64,000 nt of DNA from contig JAAYBR010000106.1 of NCBI GenBank assembly GCA_012730045.1, forward strand, positions 64,550 through 128,549, read 5' to 3'. Below are positions 1 through 8,705 of this stretch, piece by piece (position 1 is the stretch's first letter; each line of letters opens with the position of its first letter). This stretch comes from Candidatus Hydrogenedentota bacterium. GTDB taxonomy: Bacteria; Hydrogenedentota; Hydrogenedentia; Hydrogenedentales; CAITNO01. The translations under genes and the position numbers were made by a program. The notes under the pieces are model-generated. The model was given only the letters and a program-made list of their open reading frames with translations. It was not told the origin of the DNA and ran no database searches.

Positions 1-319
1 GCCGCCGGTTAAGTTCCGTGAGGCACACGCTTGAGGTGACCCGGTACATCCACGACCGGAAACTGCACTCGCCCCGGAACCCGCGCAGCAGGCGGAAGGC
101 CTTCAGGAAAGCCTCCTGCGCCATGTCCTCCGCCAGGCCCATGTCGCGCATGTAGCGCTGCGCCACATTGAACACCACATGCTGGTGCCTGCGGACCAGC
201 TCGGAAAAGGCCGCGGTGTCCCCGGCCCGCGACAGGCTGACAAGCTGCCAGTCGTCCGGCCCGGCGTCCGCGCCGAGTTCCGAGGCCAGCGGATAGGTCC
301 GTACCGCCTCCATGGTCAT
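1..319 (-). CDS. RNA polymerase sigma-70 ECF-family sigma factor (N-terminal part; the gene continues past the window start)
   Basis: Reverse-strand translation from the ATG at 317-319 gives MTMEAVRTYP...FSELVRRHQHVVFNVAQRYMRDMGLAEDMAQEAFLKAFRLLRGFRG, a typical ECF sigma region 2. An AGGAG RBS precedes the ATG. The frame stays open to base 1. Confidence 0.8.
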   Translation of the reverse strand, partial: MTMEAVRTYPLASELGADAGPDDWQLVSLSRAGDTAAFSELVRRHQHVVFNVAQRYMRDMGLAEDMAQEAFLKAFRLLRGFRGECSFRSWMYRVTSSVCLTELNRR

Positions 320-1227
320 GTCGTGCTCCTTTGCAGAACGATGTCTCCGTTCATGGAGTTCATGGAAAGCTTCGTCGCGCCGTCTCCTATGACACCCAAC
401 ACGGTTCTCCGCTTGAGTATGCCCGCCGAAACCGACAACCCCGCGTCAAGACGCACGGTGCCCCGGTTCGTGGCGGCGCTCACTTCGGCCGAGCAGCCTT
501 CCGACATGACCAGTGTAATCCCTCCGTTCAGCGAGGTCAAGTCGCACGAGGCGACCTCCGGGGCCAGAATCCGGGTGATGATCGCCCCGGTGATCGTGGA
601 CGCCTGGAGCGTCCCCCCCCGCATCCCCGCGTGGATGTTGCCGTTCACCGTCTCCAGGGTCGTCTCGCCCGCCGAATCAAGCACCCGGATGCGGCCGTTG
701 GTGGTCTTCACCGACACCGGCCCGGACGCCTGCTGGACCTCGACATCCGAGTTGTTCCCCTCCACGTAGACCCCGTTGCATCCCCCGGCAACCCACACAT
801 TCCCGTTCTCCACGGTAAGCGCAAGGTCCGTCCCCCGGGGAACCATGACCACATAGTCCACCCGGACATCCAGCTCGTCCGGGCGCTGCAGGGGCTCGGT
901 GGTCAGGGTCACAGACTCCTCCGTCTGCTCCACCTTGAACAGGCTCTCCAAATACTGGGCCGCCATGGCGTTCTGGTCCGAAGCGGGCGTGTAGGCCCGC
1001 GCGTCCGCCGTCACCTCAATGGTGGCGCCCTCGCCCACCGAGACCCGCACCGTTCCGTCGGCGTTCATCAAGTGAAGCGCCTTGGTGGCGGGCAGGGAAA
1101 AGGTCTCGAATTTCTGGAAGCCTGGCGGGCACACCTCGCGCGGCAGCCGGGGGGCGAGTATCCCCACGGCAAATATCTGGATCGCCAGGGCGATCAATCC
1201 TGCTGTCACTGCGCTCTTGTAGAGCAT
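316..1227 (-). CDS. DUF4097-like putative adhesin / beta-helical repeat protein with N-terminal TM anchor
   Basis: 303 aa. It has an N-terminal hydrophobic helix (AVTAGLIALAIQIFAVGILA) followed by repetitive NG..V/..V..G motifs. Its stop overlaps the ECF sigma start (ATGA at 316-319). Confidence 0.6.
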   Translation of the reverse strand: MLYKSAVTAGLIALAIQIFAVGILAPRLPREVCPPGFQKFETFSLPATKALHLMNADGTVRVSVGEGATIEVTADARAYTPASDQNAMAAQYLESLFKVEQTEESVTLTTEPLQRPDELDVRVDYVVMVPRGTDLALTVENGNVWVAGGCNGVYVEGNNSDVEVQQASGPVSVKTTNGRIRVLDSAGETTLETVNGNIHAGMRGGTLQASTITGAIITRILAPEVASCDLTSLNGGITLVMSEGCSAEVSAATNRGTVRLDAGLSVSAGILKRRTVLGVIGDGATKLSMNSMNGDIVLQRSTT

Positions 1228-1349
1228 GGCTTCCGTTTCCTGTCCAGTTAGACCCGCTGGAATCCCCCAAGTTTCACCGAACGCGGCCCAAGGACTTGTT
1301 GTCTCACCGGCCCGGGGGTGGGTATACTTGGCCTCAAGAGGCTCCGCTT

Positions 1350-1766
1350 ATGCGCGTTTCCCTGATGACCATTCCGATGATTCTCGCCATTGTGGCGTTG
1401 CTTTACGTCGTTTTCCGCTCCCTGCTGCGCACCTGGATTGAGCATCGGGTACGTATGACCATCCTGGAACGGGCTGAACAGAACCCGGAAATGCTAAAAC
1501 TGGTGGAGGAATCCCAGTCGTCAAGAAATATCCCCGTGCACGGCCGCCGGGCCCACGGCGCCGACCCCGCCATCACAGGCCTCATTCTTGGACTCATGGG
1601 GTTCTTTTTCGTGTTGATCAACGGATTGCTAGGGCGGACGCAATGGGCCGTGGGCGCCTATTTCGGCGGTGTCGCCTGCGTGGTCATCGGGTTCATTCTG
1701 GCAGCCGTTGGTTTATTGGCCCGGTTCCTTGACGGCACCCCCCTTGGAACGCGAAAGAAAGAATAA
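1350..1766 (+). CDS. hypothetical small membrane protein (about 3 TM helices)
   Basis: Translation MRVSLMTIPMILAIVALLYVVF... with a second hydrophobic block (ITGLILGLMGFFFVLINGLL) and a third (VGAYFGGVACVVIGFILAAVGLLA). The start is uncertain; the ORF opens at 1296. Confidence 0.4.
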   Translation: MRVSLMTIPMILAIVALLYVVFRSLLRTWIEHRVRMTILERAEQNPEMLKLVEESQSSRNIPVHGRRAHGADPAITGLILGLMGFFFVLINGLLGRTQWAVGAYFGGVACVVIGFILAAVGLLARFLDGTPLGTRKKE

Positions 1767-1830
1767 ACCCCCTTCGGAGGTGTTCCCCAGGAAAAAACGG
1801 CGGCGTTCAACGGCAAAGGCAGGCAGGTTA

Positions 1831-2796
1831 ATGCAGCTCAGTGTCAAGATCGCAAGAATCATCGAAGTTCTTGTGGGGGTCTTCTATCTTCTGGGTGCCC
1901 TCCCGAAGATGGCGGACATCAACGCCTTTTCCGTGCAAATGTCCGCCTACCATGTCATTGAAGACCGCCAACTGCTCCCCGTTTTCGGCTGCATCACTGT
2001 GTTTGCGGAGTTCTCCCTGGGCATGGCCCTAATGTTCGGCCTGCGCCTGCGGGGCCTGACCTATGCCGTCTACCATGGCATGCTCCTTTTCTTCTCCGTC
2101 CTCATCGTGTATGCCTGGGCCGCCCACGGACTGGAGGACTGCGGCTGTTTCCCCCTCATCGCCATGTCCCCCCAGGTTTCCCTCATCAAGAACGCCATCC
2201 TGCTCCTTCTGGGCGCCTACTCCGGGTGGATGCTGTCCGGACCCGGCAGCGCTCTCCGCCGTCCACCCCTTTGGGGCCCGGGGATGTGGCCGCGTTTCGT
2301 GTGTGCCCTGGCAGTCAGTGTGCTGGCCACGGCCTACGCCTGGGCCACCGTGGATCGTCTTGACCTCGCAACCGACGGGGGAGGGGAGGCGAAAGGGCCG
2401 TTCAGCGCGTTCCATATTGAGACGCCGGAGGGCGTGTATGACCTTGGTCAGGGCACTTATCTGGTTCCCATCATGAGCATGACCTGCGAGGAGTGCATGG
2501 CCAAAGTGCCCGAAATCAATGAACTAATGTTCCTCCCCGGCATGCCGCCGGTCGTCGCCCTCTGTTTCGAGGAGGAACCCGGCGAAATGGAGCGGTTCCG
2601 AAACGACACCCAGCCGATGTTCCCCCTGCATTCCCTGATCGGCCGTCCGTTAGTCTACTTCAGCCTGAGAGGGGAGGACTCCTTCCGGCTTTCTCTCGTG
2701 TGCGGAGGAAAGGCGGTGGCGGTGTGGGACGGAAAACTGCCGTCCCCCGAGGAACTGCTGTCCTTGTTGGAAAAAGAAGACGCCGCAGGGGGGTAA
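1831..2796 (+). CDS. MauE/DoxX-like membrane protein fused to a C-terminal CxxC thioredoxin-like domain
   Basis: The N-terminal half is polytopic membrane (MQLSVKIARIIEVLVGVFYLLGALPKMADINAFS...), resembling methylamine-utilisation MauE/DoxX. The C-terminal soluble part carries a CEEC motif. The start at 1831 was chosen over the ORF opening at 1669. Confidence 0.5.
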   Translation: MQLSVKIARIIEVLVGVFYLLGALPKMADINAFSVQMSAYHVIEDRQLLPVFGCITVFAEFSLGMALMFGLRLRGLTYAVYHGMLLFFSVLIVYAWAAHGLEDCGCFPLIAMSPQVSLIKNAILLLLGAYSGWMLSGPGSALRRPPLWGPGMWPRFVCALAVSVLATAYAWATVDRLDLATDGGGEAKGPFSAFHIETPEGVYDLGQGTYLVPIMSMTCEECMAKVPEINELMFLPGMPPVVALCFEEEPGEMERFRNDTQPMFPLHSLIGRPLVYFSLRGEDSFRLSLVCGGKAVAVWDGKLPSPEELLSLLEKEDAAGG

Positions 2797-2833
2797 ACCC
2801 TGCGGCGGCTAAAAGATTCCGGAGGACTGGAGC

Positions 2834-3100
2834 CTAGGAGGCGCTCTTCTTGGAGAGCTGCAACTGGAGGCTGGCCTTCTTGCGGGCGGCGCTGTTCTTG
2901 TGGATCACGCCCTTCGCCGCGGCGCGGTCTATCTCAGAGATGGCCTTCGTCACCACAACGGCAGTGTCGTCGCCGCCACCAACAATGGCCTGCTCCGCCG
3001 CCTTCACGAAGGTCTTCATCTTGGACCGGACCGCCATGTTGCGCTGACGGGCAAGCTCGTTGGTCCGATTGCGCTTTTCCTGGGACTTGATATTCGCCAT
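2834..3100 (-). CDS. rpsT: 30S ribosomal protein S20
   Basis: 88 aa, MANIKSQEKRNRTNELARQRNMAVRSKMKTFVKAAEQAI... is a classic S20. A GGAG RBS lies upstream. Confidence 0.9.
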   Translation of the reverse strand: MANIKSQEKRNRTNELARQRNMAVRSKMKTFVKAAEQAIVGGGDDTAVVVTKAISEIDRAAAKGVIHKNSAARKKASLQLQLSKKSAS

Positions 3101-3332
3101 TATTTTGAACTCCGTCGTTTTTTCAGGGTTATTCCGCCAAAGGGAGCGTTATTCTAACAAAAGGCGGACGCATGAATCAACCCGTCTACGGGCTGGATTG
3201 CAGGCCGGTCCACCGGCGCGCGCAAATTGAAACCTTTCCGCGCCGAACGGCATAATATGCCTAAAGTATAAGGTGGAGTTCGGCCGTCCAGCCGCCGGTC
3301 CGTCCGATGCCCAACCACGAGGAAGATGAAGG

Positions 3333-4124
3333 ATGAAACACCCCTGGATTGTCTACGGAGTCCTTGTGGCGCTGGCGCTCTTCGCGCAGGCCGCGGCCCC
3401 CGCGCAGGACGCCCCAGCGCCCGTCTCCCCCGAGGCCGCCGCGGCGCCGGCCGGAGACGCGGCCCCCGCGCCCGGCATCTCCCCGCCGCAGGTCGCCAAC
3501 CAACTGACGTTGATGACCATGATCCAGCAGGGCGGGATGATCCTGTGGATCACCATGGCGATGGGCTTTCTGGGCCTCCTGCTGACGGTCTATCTCCTGC
3601 TCACCGTGACACCGAAGCGCGAGGTGCCGCCCACACTGGTGAAGCGCGCCCAGGCGCAGATCAAGGCGGGTGACCTCCGCGGCGCCTACCAGATGTGCCA
3701 GGAGCGGGATGAGATGATCTCGCTCGTGATCCGGGCGGGGCTCAAGATGGCCGGCCATGACCGCTATGTGATCCAGGAGGCCATGGAGAGCGAGGGGGAC
3801 CGCGGCGCCACGGCCCTCTGGCAGAAGGTGTCGTATCTCAACAATATCGCCATGATCGCGCCCCTGCTCGGGCTCCTCGGCACGGTGTGGGGCATGATGC
3901 AGGCCTTCAGCTCCATCGCCCTCGACACCGCCCAAGTGAAGGGGCTGACCATGGCCTACAGCGTCTCCCAGGCCATGATCACCACGGCGGGCGGCCTCAT
4001 TGTGGCCATCCCCGCGATGGCGGTCTACTATTTCCTGCGCGGCCGCGTCATCCGGATCATCGCCGAGGTGGAGGCCCAGGCCAGCGAGTTCGTCGAGCTG
4101 ATCGCTGAGAAGGAGCAGCCATGA
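3333..4124 (+). CDS. exbB: MotA/TolQ/ExbB proton-channel family protein
   Basis: 263 aa with a signal/TM start, three TM segments, and a conserved MotA/TolQ/ExbB C-terminal region (GLLGTVWGMMQAFSSIA...TTAGGLIVAIPAMAVYYFL). Confidence 0.85.
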   Translation: MKHPWIVYGVLVALALFAQAAAPAQDAPAPVSPEAAAAPAGDAAPAPGISPPQVANQLTLMTMIQQGGMILWITMAMGFLGLLLTVYLLLTVTPKREVPPTLVKRAQAQIKAGDLRGAYQMCQERDEMISLVIRAGLKMAGHDRYVIQEAMESEGDRGATALWQKVSYLNNIAMIAPLLGLLGTVWGMMQAFSSIALDTAQVKGLTMAYSVSQAMITTAGGLIVAIPAMAVYYFLRGRVIRIIAEVEAQASEFVELIAEKEQP

Positions 4125-4561
4125 GGATCGGAGTGGGACGCCAGCTTCAGGAGGAGACGGAGAGCATCCAGATGGCTCCGCTCATTGACATCGTCTTCCT
4201 CACCCTCATCTTCTTCATGGTCACCAGCGTCTACGCCAACCTCGAGAGCGAGGTGGACATTGTCCTGCCCACCGCCGACACCGCAAAGCAGAACGAGCGC
4301 ACCCAGGGGGAGATATTCATCAATCTCCGGGAGGACGGCGCGATCATTGTGAATGAGCGGAAGATGGAGGTGCCCGAGCTCCAGGAGGTGCTCCTTCGGG
4401 TCGCCAAGTATTTTCCCGGCGGCGCGGTGATCATCCGGGGCGACACCAACGCCCAACTGGGAAAGGCCATGCAGATACTGGACTGCTGCCGCAAGGCGGA
4501 CATACAGAATATCGCCTTTGCGACCACCAAAAACGATGACAGGACGGCCCCGGCGTCTTGA
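4121..4561 (+). CDS. exbD: ExbD/TolR biopolymer transport protein
   Basis: 146 aa. It has the ExbD/TolR signature (IQMAPLIDIVFLTLIFFMVTS...LPTAD) and a single TM. The ATGA overlap with exbB indicates translational coupling. Confidence 0.85.
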   Translation: MRIGVGRQLQEETESIQMAPLIDIVFLTLIFFMVTSVYANLESEVDIVLPTADTAKQNERTQGEIFINLREDGAIIVNERKMEVPELQEVLLRVAKYFPGGAVIIRGDTNAQLGKAMQILDCCRKADIQNIAFATTKNDDRTAPAS

Positions 4562-4575
4562 CGAACGGAACCACC

Positions 4576-6951
4576 ATGCGCAAGTGCCTGACCGCGCTGA
4601 TGCTGTGCTGCCTCGCGCCGGCCGCCTGCCCCGCCCAGGAGGCCGGATCGGGGGGGGACCAACTCGACTTTGCAAACGGCCTCTTCAGCCGGGGGTTCTT
4701 CGAGGAGGCGGCGGAGGAGTATGACGTCTTTCTTCAGGCAAACCCCTCCGGCCCCGAAGCCCCCAACGCCTGGTTCCGGCTCGGACAGTGCGCCCAGGCT
4801 TCCGGCGCCGCAGACAAGGCCGCCGCGGCCTTTGTAAAGGCCGCCGAACTGACCCAGGACCCCGCGCTGCGGATGCGCGCCCGCCTCGGCCTGGGCGAGT
4901 CGCTGGTGTCCGCCAAAAAGAACGCCGAAGCGGTGGACGTGCTCGCCCCGCTCTGCGGCGAGGAGCAGTCCGCCGAGGTCCGCGGGCGCGCGCTCTACTA
5001 TCTCGGACGCGCCCAGGCCTCCCTGGACAAACAGGAGGAGGCGGCCAAGTCGTTTGAGGCCCTCGTTTCCGCGCTGCCGGATCACGCCCTCACCCCCTAC
5101 GCCCAGTACCAGCTCGCCTTCGTGCAGATGGCCCGGAACCTCCACGAGGACGCTGCCATCACCTTCTCGCATGTCGCCGAAAACACCAAGGCCGACGCCG
5201 CCCTCCGCATGGAGAGCCGCTTCCGCACCGCCGAGATTTACGACAAGATCGGCTGGTTCAGCGCCGCCGTGGGGGCCTACGAGCAGCTTAAAGCCGAGTT
5301 CCCGGACTCCGACTATGCCCGGCGGGCCGACTACGGCTACGCCTGGTCCCTCTACCACGCCCGGAAATACCCCGAAGCCGGCGCCGCCGCAGAAAAATTC
5401 CTGGCAGCCAACGCGGACCCCGCGCTGGTCCCCGGCATGCAGTATCTTCTTGCCAACTGCCTGCAGCAGCAGAAGGAGTTCGACCGGGCCCTGGAGATTT
5501 ACCGGGCCCTTCCCGAGAAGCACCCCGACTCCCCCTTCGCCGCCCAGGCAAAGGCGAAAGTCCCCTGGGCGCTGCACCTGAAAGGCGACCCGGCGGGCGC
5601 AAAGGCCGCCGCCCTCGCCTACCTCCAGGTGGACAAGGAGTCGCCGGCCGCCGGCGAGGTCGGTTTCCTGCTCGGGCTGCTGCTTAACGCCGAAGGCAAC
5701 AACGAGGACGCCCGGCAGGAGTTCCGTCTCGTTGCGGAGAAGTTCCCGGACAGCGAGTTCGCCGCCGAGGCCCTCTACAAGTCCGGCGAGTGCACCCTCC
5801 AACTGGGCATGCGCGACGACGCCGCCAAGACCTTTGAGGAGTTCGTCCGCCGCTACCCGGACAACCCCCTGGCGGCGGAGGCAATTCTCCGGGCGGGCGA
5901 CGCGCAGTTCAACTCCCAGGACTTCGCGAAGGCCGTTGAGAAGTACACCGCCCTGCTGGCCGCCCCCGCGACCCCCGAAGCCGAGGAAAACGCCCGCTAC
6001 CGCCTCGCCATCACCTACCACAACATGAAGGAGCGCGCAAAGGCCGCGGAACAGTACCAGGCCCTGCTCGAAAAGTTTCCCGCCTCGCGTTACGCGGCGC
6101 AGGCCCTCTTTCACCTCGGCGAGTTCCAGCTCCGGGAACAGAAGGACGCGCTGAAGGCCATCGAATCCTATCAGGCGTCGCTGGACAAATCCCCCGGCCC
6201 CGACCTCTCCGCCCTGGCGCTCAGGGGACTTGCCCTGGCCCGGTACGAGCGCAAGGATTACGAGATGGCCGCGGACCAGTTCCTGCGGCTGGTACGGGAG
6301 TTCCCCCAGACGGCCCTCCCCGAGGAGGTGTACACCTGGTGCGGCCAGTGGTTCTACGATGCGGCGAAATGGGCCGAAGCCATCGCCGTGCTGGACGGGC
6401 TTCTCAAGGCCCTTCCGGAATACCCCTACGCCGACAAGGTCCGGTTCACCACCGCGGAGTGCGCGGAGAAGGCCGGAGACGCCGCGGACGCCCTTGCCCG
6501 ATACCAGGCGACCGTGGAGGCCAACCCCACGGGTGCCAAGGCGGTGGAGGCCAAATACCGCATGGCCCGACTCCACGAGCAGGCGGGGGAGGTGGACAAG
6601 GCGCTGGCGCTCTACGAGGAGGCCTCCTCCGCGAACACCGGCGAGGTGGCGGCGCAGGCCCGGTTCCGTCTGGGCGAACTCTTTGAGGCCCGGGGCGAGC
6701 ATGAGCGCGCCGCCCGCAACTTCATGCGCGTCGCCATTCTCTTCCTCCACGAGACGCTTTCGCCCCAGGCCCTCGCGCGCGCCGGACAGTGCTATGAGCA
6801 GGCCGGCCTCGCCGCGCAGGCGCTCGGCGCCTATGACGAACTGCTGAAGGACTACCCCGAATCAGAGCCCGCGCCGAAGGCCCGGGAGGCCGTGGACCGC
6901 CTCCGGCAGGCGGAAACGCCCGCCGCCCCCGCGAAGGAGCCCGGCGCATGA
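4576..6951 (+). CDS. tetratricopeptide-repeat protein, periplasmic (signal peptide), about 790 aa
   Basis: It has a Sec signal (MRKCLTALMLCCLAPAACPAQEA) followed by many TPR-like repeats (W/LG/Y/A/F/A/P patterns, for example AWFRLGQCAQASG and ALYYLGRAQ). Its start overlaps the exbD stop region. The ORF opens at 4558; the ATG at 4576 was preferred. Confidence 0.8.
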   Translation: MRKCLTALMLCCLAPAACPAQEAGSGGDQLDFANGLFSRGFFEEAAEEYDVFLQANPSGPEAPNAWFRLGQCAQASGAADKAAAAFVKAAELTQDPALRMRARLGLGESLVSAKKNAEAVDVLAPLCGEEQSAEVRGRALYYLGRAQASLDKQEEAAKSFEALVSALPDHALTPYAQYQLAFVQMARNLHEDAAITFSHVAENTKADAALRMESRFRTAEIYDKIGWFSAAVGAYEQLKAEFPDSDYARRADYGYAWSLYHARKYPEAGAAAEKFLAANADPALVPGMQYLLANCLQQQKEFDRALEIYRALPEKHPDSPFAAQAKAKVPWALHLKGDPAGAKAAALAYLQVDKESPAAGEVGFLLGLLLNAEGNNEDARQEFRLVAEKFPDSEFAAEALYKSGECTLQLGMRDDAAKTFEEFVRRYPDNPLAAEAILRAGDAQFNSQDFAKAVEKYTALLAAPATPEAEENARYRLAITYHNMKERAKAAEQYQALLEKFPASRYAAQALFHLGEFQLREQKDALKAIESYQASLDKSPGPDLSALALRGLALARYERKDYEMAADQFLRLVREFPQTALPEEVYTWCGQWFYDAAKWAEAIAVLDGLLKALPEYPYADKVRFTTAECAEKAGDAADALARYQATVEANPTGAKAVEAKYRMARLHEQAGEVDKALALYEEASSANTGEVAAQARFRLGELFEARGEHERAARNFMRVAILFLHETLSPQALARAGQCYEQAGLAAQALGAYDELLKDYPESEPAPKAREAVDRLRQAETPAAPAKEPGA

Positions 6952-8690
6952 CCAGCCGGCGCACCATGATGGGGGTCTCCTTTCTGGTCAGCGCGGTCAT
7001 CTACACCGCGATGCTGCTGGTCGCACCCTACGTGACCCTCATGGAAGCCAACCGTTCGGCCGCCGTGGCCATGAACATGGTACACATCTCCCTGACTGAC
7101 GACGTCCCGTCCGTCACCCCGCCCCCCGAGGAGGATCCCGTGGCGGCCCCCTCACGGCCGGGGAGCATCGGGGAGCTGCTTTCCCAGCCCGGCGAGGCGC
7201 CCCTGGACGCCCCCCCTGGACAGAATGCGGCCCCGGCAGAAATCCCGGACCTCGTCGGCCGGGTGGCGGGGGAACCCATCGCGCGGGAGCATGAACTCAA
7301 TTTCGACCCCGCATCCCTGGAGCGGGCCGACGCCAAGATCATCGAAATAGACCGGGACAGCGCACGCAGCGAGGTGGAGGTGCCCCGAAAGCTCGTGCGG
7401 CCGAGTCCGGACCGCATCCTGGAGCCGGGCGTCTTTCCTGCCCTGCGCAGTGAGGGCTTCGCGCCCGGGGACATCCCCTTGGAGCCTGTTCCCCAGGGAA
7501 TTGGCCTGGCCCCCGCGCCCGGGGCCGCGCTGTCCGGCCCGGACCCCATTGCTCCGGTCACCCCCCCCGCGCCCGTCCCCGAACCCGTGCAGAAGGCCAT
7601 CGAGGCCCCCCTGGCCGACCTTCCCATCGAGCACGAGGTCCGGGAGGCCAAGGCGGAGAGCGACTACGTTTTCCTGGACGACATGCTCGACATCCAGGTG
7701 AACACCTACACGCAGCCCGGCGAGCCCCTCGGCTTCTTTGAGCTGGTCGTCTCCCCCAGGCAGGGCCAGACGGTCGAAGTCATCCCAAAGGACATCACCT
7801 TCGTCGTGGACGCCTCCCAGAGCGTCATGCAGCGGAAGCTGGACCTCGTCTCCCGGGGACTTGCGCAGGTGATCATGCAGCTGCGCCCCGAGGACTACTT
7901 CAACCTCGTGATCTTCCGTGACAACCCGTCGCCCTTCCAGCCGCAGCGGGTTCCCGCCACCGAGGCCAACAAGACGGCCGCCACGGCCCTCCTCAGGGGG
8001 CTGGAGTCGAAAAGCCAGACGGACGTGTACAAGGCACTCAACCCCGTGGTGGTCGAGGCGCCCCGTCCGGGAATTCCCGGCATGATCCTCATCTCGTCCG
8101 ACTTCCGCCCCACCACGGGGGTCCAGAACAGCCGCGAGATCATCAACGGCCTCAGCCGGGAAAACGCCCAGCGAAACAGCATCTATGCCTTCGGCGTCGG
8201 CAACACCGTGAACCGCTACACCATGGAGTTTCTGGCCTACCGGAACAATGGCCATGCGCGGATCACCCCTGACATTGAGAAGGCCCCGCCCGAACTCGCG
8301 GCGTTTTTCCAGGAAATCAGCGACCCCGTGCTCACGGGCATCCAGGTCAACTTCAGCCGGATTGACGAGCAGGGGGTTTACCCCGCCCAAATCCCGGACT
8401 TCTTCACCCATAGCGGCGTCACCCTGTACGGGCGTTTCGACCCGGCCAAGGACCGGCAGTTCGTCATGCGCATGACCGGATGGGCTGGAGACCGGAAGAA
8501 GGAGGTGGTCTTCCGCGCCGAACTGGACAAGGCGGGGAAGGGCGGGGCCTCCATTCCGGGCAAGTGGGCCTTTGCCAAGTCCTACGCCCTGATCAGCGAG
8601 ATGTCGGAAAAGGGGGAGACCCCCGAACTCCTGAACCAGCTCCGGGAACTCTCAAGGAAGTACAATGTGCGCACCTCCTACGACCAGTAA
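6948..8690 (+). CDS. membrane-anchored Pro-rich VIT/vWA (von Willebrand factor A) domain protein
   Basis: It has one N-terminal TM (MGVSFLVSAVIYTAMLLVAPYV) and a long Pro-rich linker (PAPVPEPV...). A VIT-like segment follows, then a vWA/MIDAS signature (ITFVVDASQSVMQRKL...). The ATGA overlap with the TPR gene at 6948-6951 indicates coupling. Confidence 0.7.
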   Translation: MTSRRTMMGVSFLVSAVIYTAMLLVAPYVTLMEANRSAAVAMNMVHISLTDDVPSVTPPPEEDPVAAPSRPGSIGELLSQPGEAPLDAPPGQNAAPAEIPDLVGRVAGEPIAREHELNFDPASLERADAKIIEIDRDSARSEVEVPRKLVRPSPDRILEPGVFPALRSEGFAPGDIPLEPVPQGIGLAPAPGAALSGPDPIAPVTPPAPVPEPVQKAIEAPLADLPIEHEVREAKAESDYVFLDDMLDIQVNTYTQPGEPLGFFELVVSPRQGQTVEVIPKDITFVVDASQSVMQRKLDLVSRGLAQVIMQLRPEDYFNLVIFRDNPSPFQPQRVPATEANKTAATALLRGLESKSQTDVYKALNPVVVEAPRPGIPGMILISSDFRPTTGVQNSREIINGLSRENAQRNSIYAFGVGNTVNRYTMEFLAYRNNGHARITPDIEKAPPELAAFFQEISDPVLTGIQVNFSRIDEQGVYPAQIPDFFTHSGVTLYGRFDPAKDRQFVMRMTGWAGDRKKEVVFRAELDKAGKGGASIPGKWAFAKSYALISEMSEKGETPELLNQLRELSRKYNVRTSYDQ

Positions 8691-8705
8691 GCGGCGCCTT
8701 CCTGA

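Noticed and set aside
4231-6750. 839-aa ORF on the minus strand
   Set aside because: It is antisense to the well-supported TPR gene and its composition is G/R/L/V/E-rich and low-complexity, typical of a high-GC antisense frame. The very long ORFs 25893..28499 (-), 41267..44020 (-), 53036..55750 (+), 61790..63622 (-), 16576..18189 (+), 14186..15871 (-) and 20916..22202 (-) were rejected for the same reason. Each lies opposite a gene with clear family signatures.
6948-8690. Calling the fourth gene of the exbBD operon TonB
   Set aside because: It has TonB-like N-terminal TM and Pro-rich linker features, but the C-terminal 350 aa carry VIT/vWA features and no recognisable TonB C-terminal domain. 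It is therefore annotated as a vWA protein instead.
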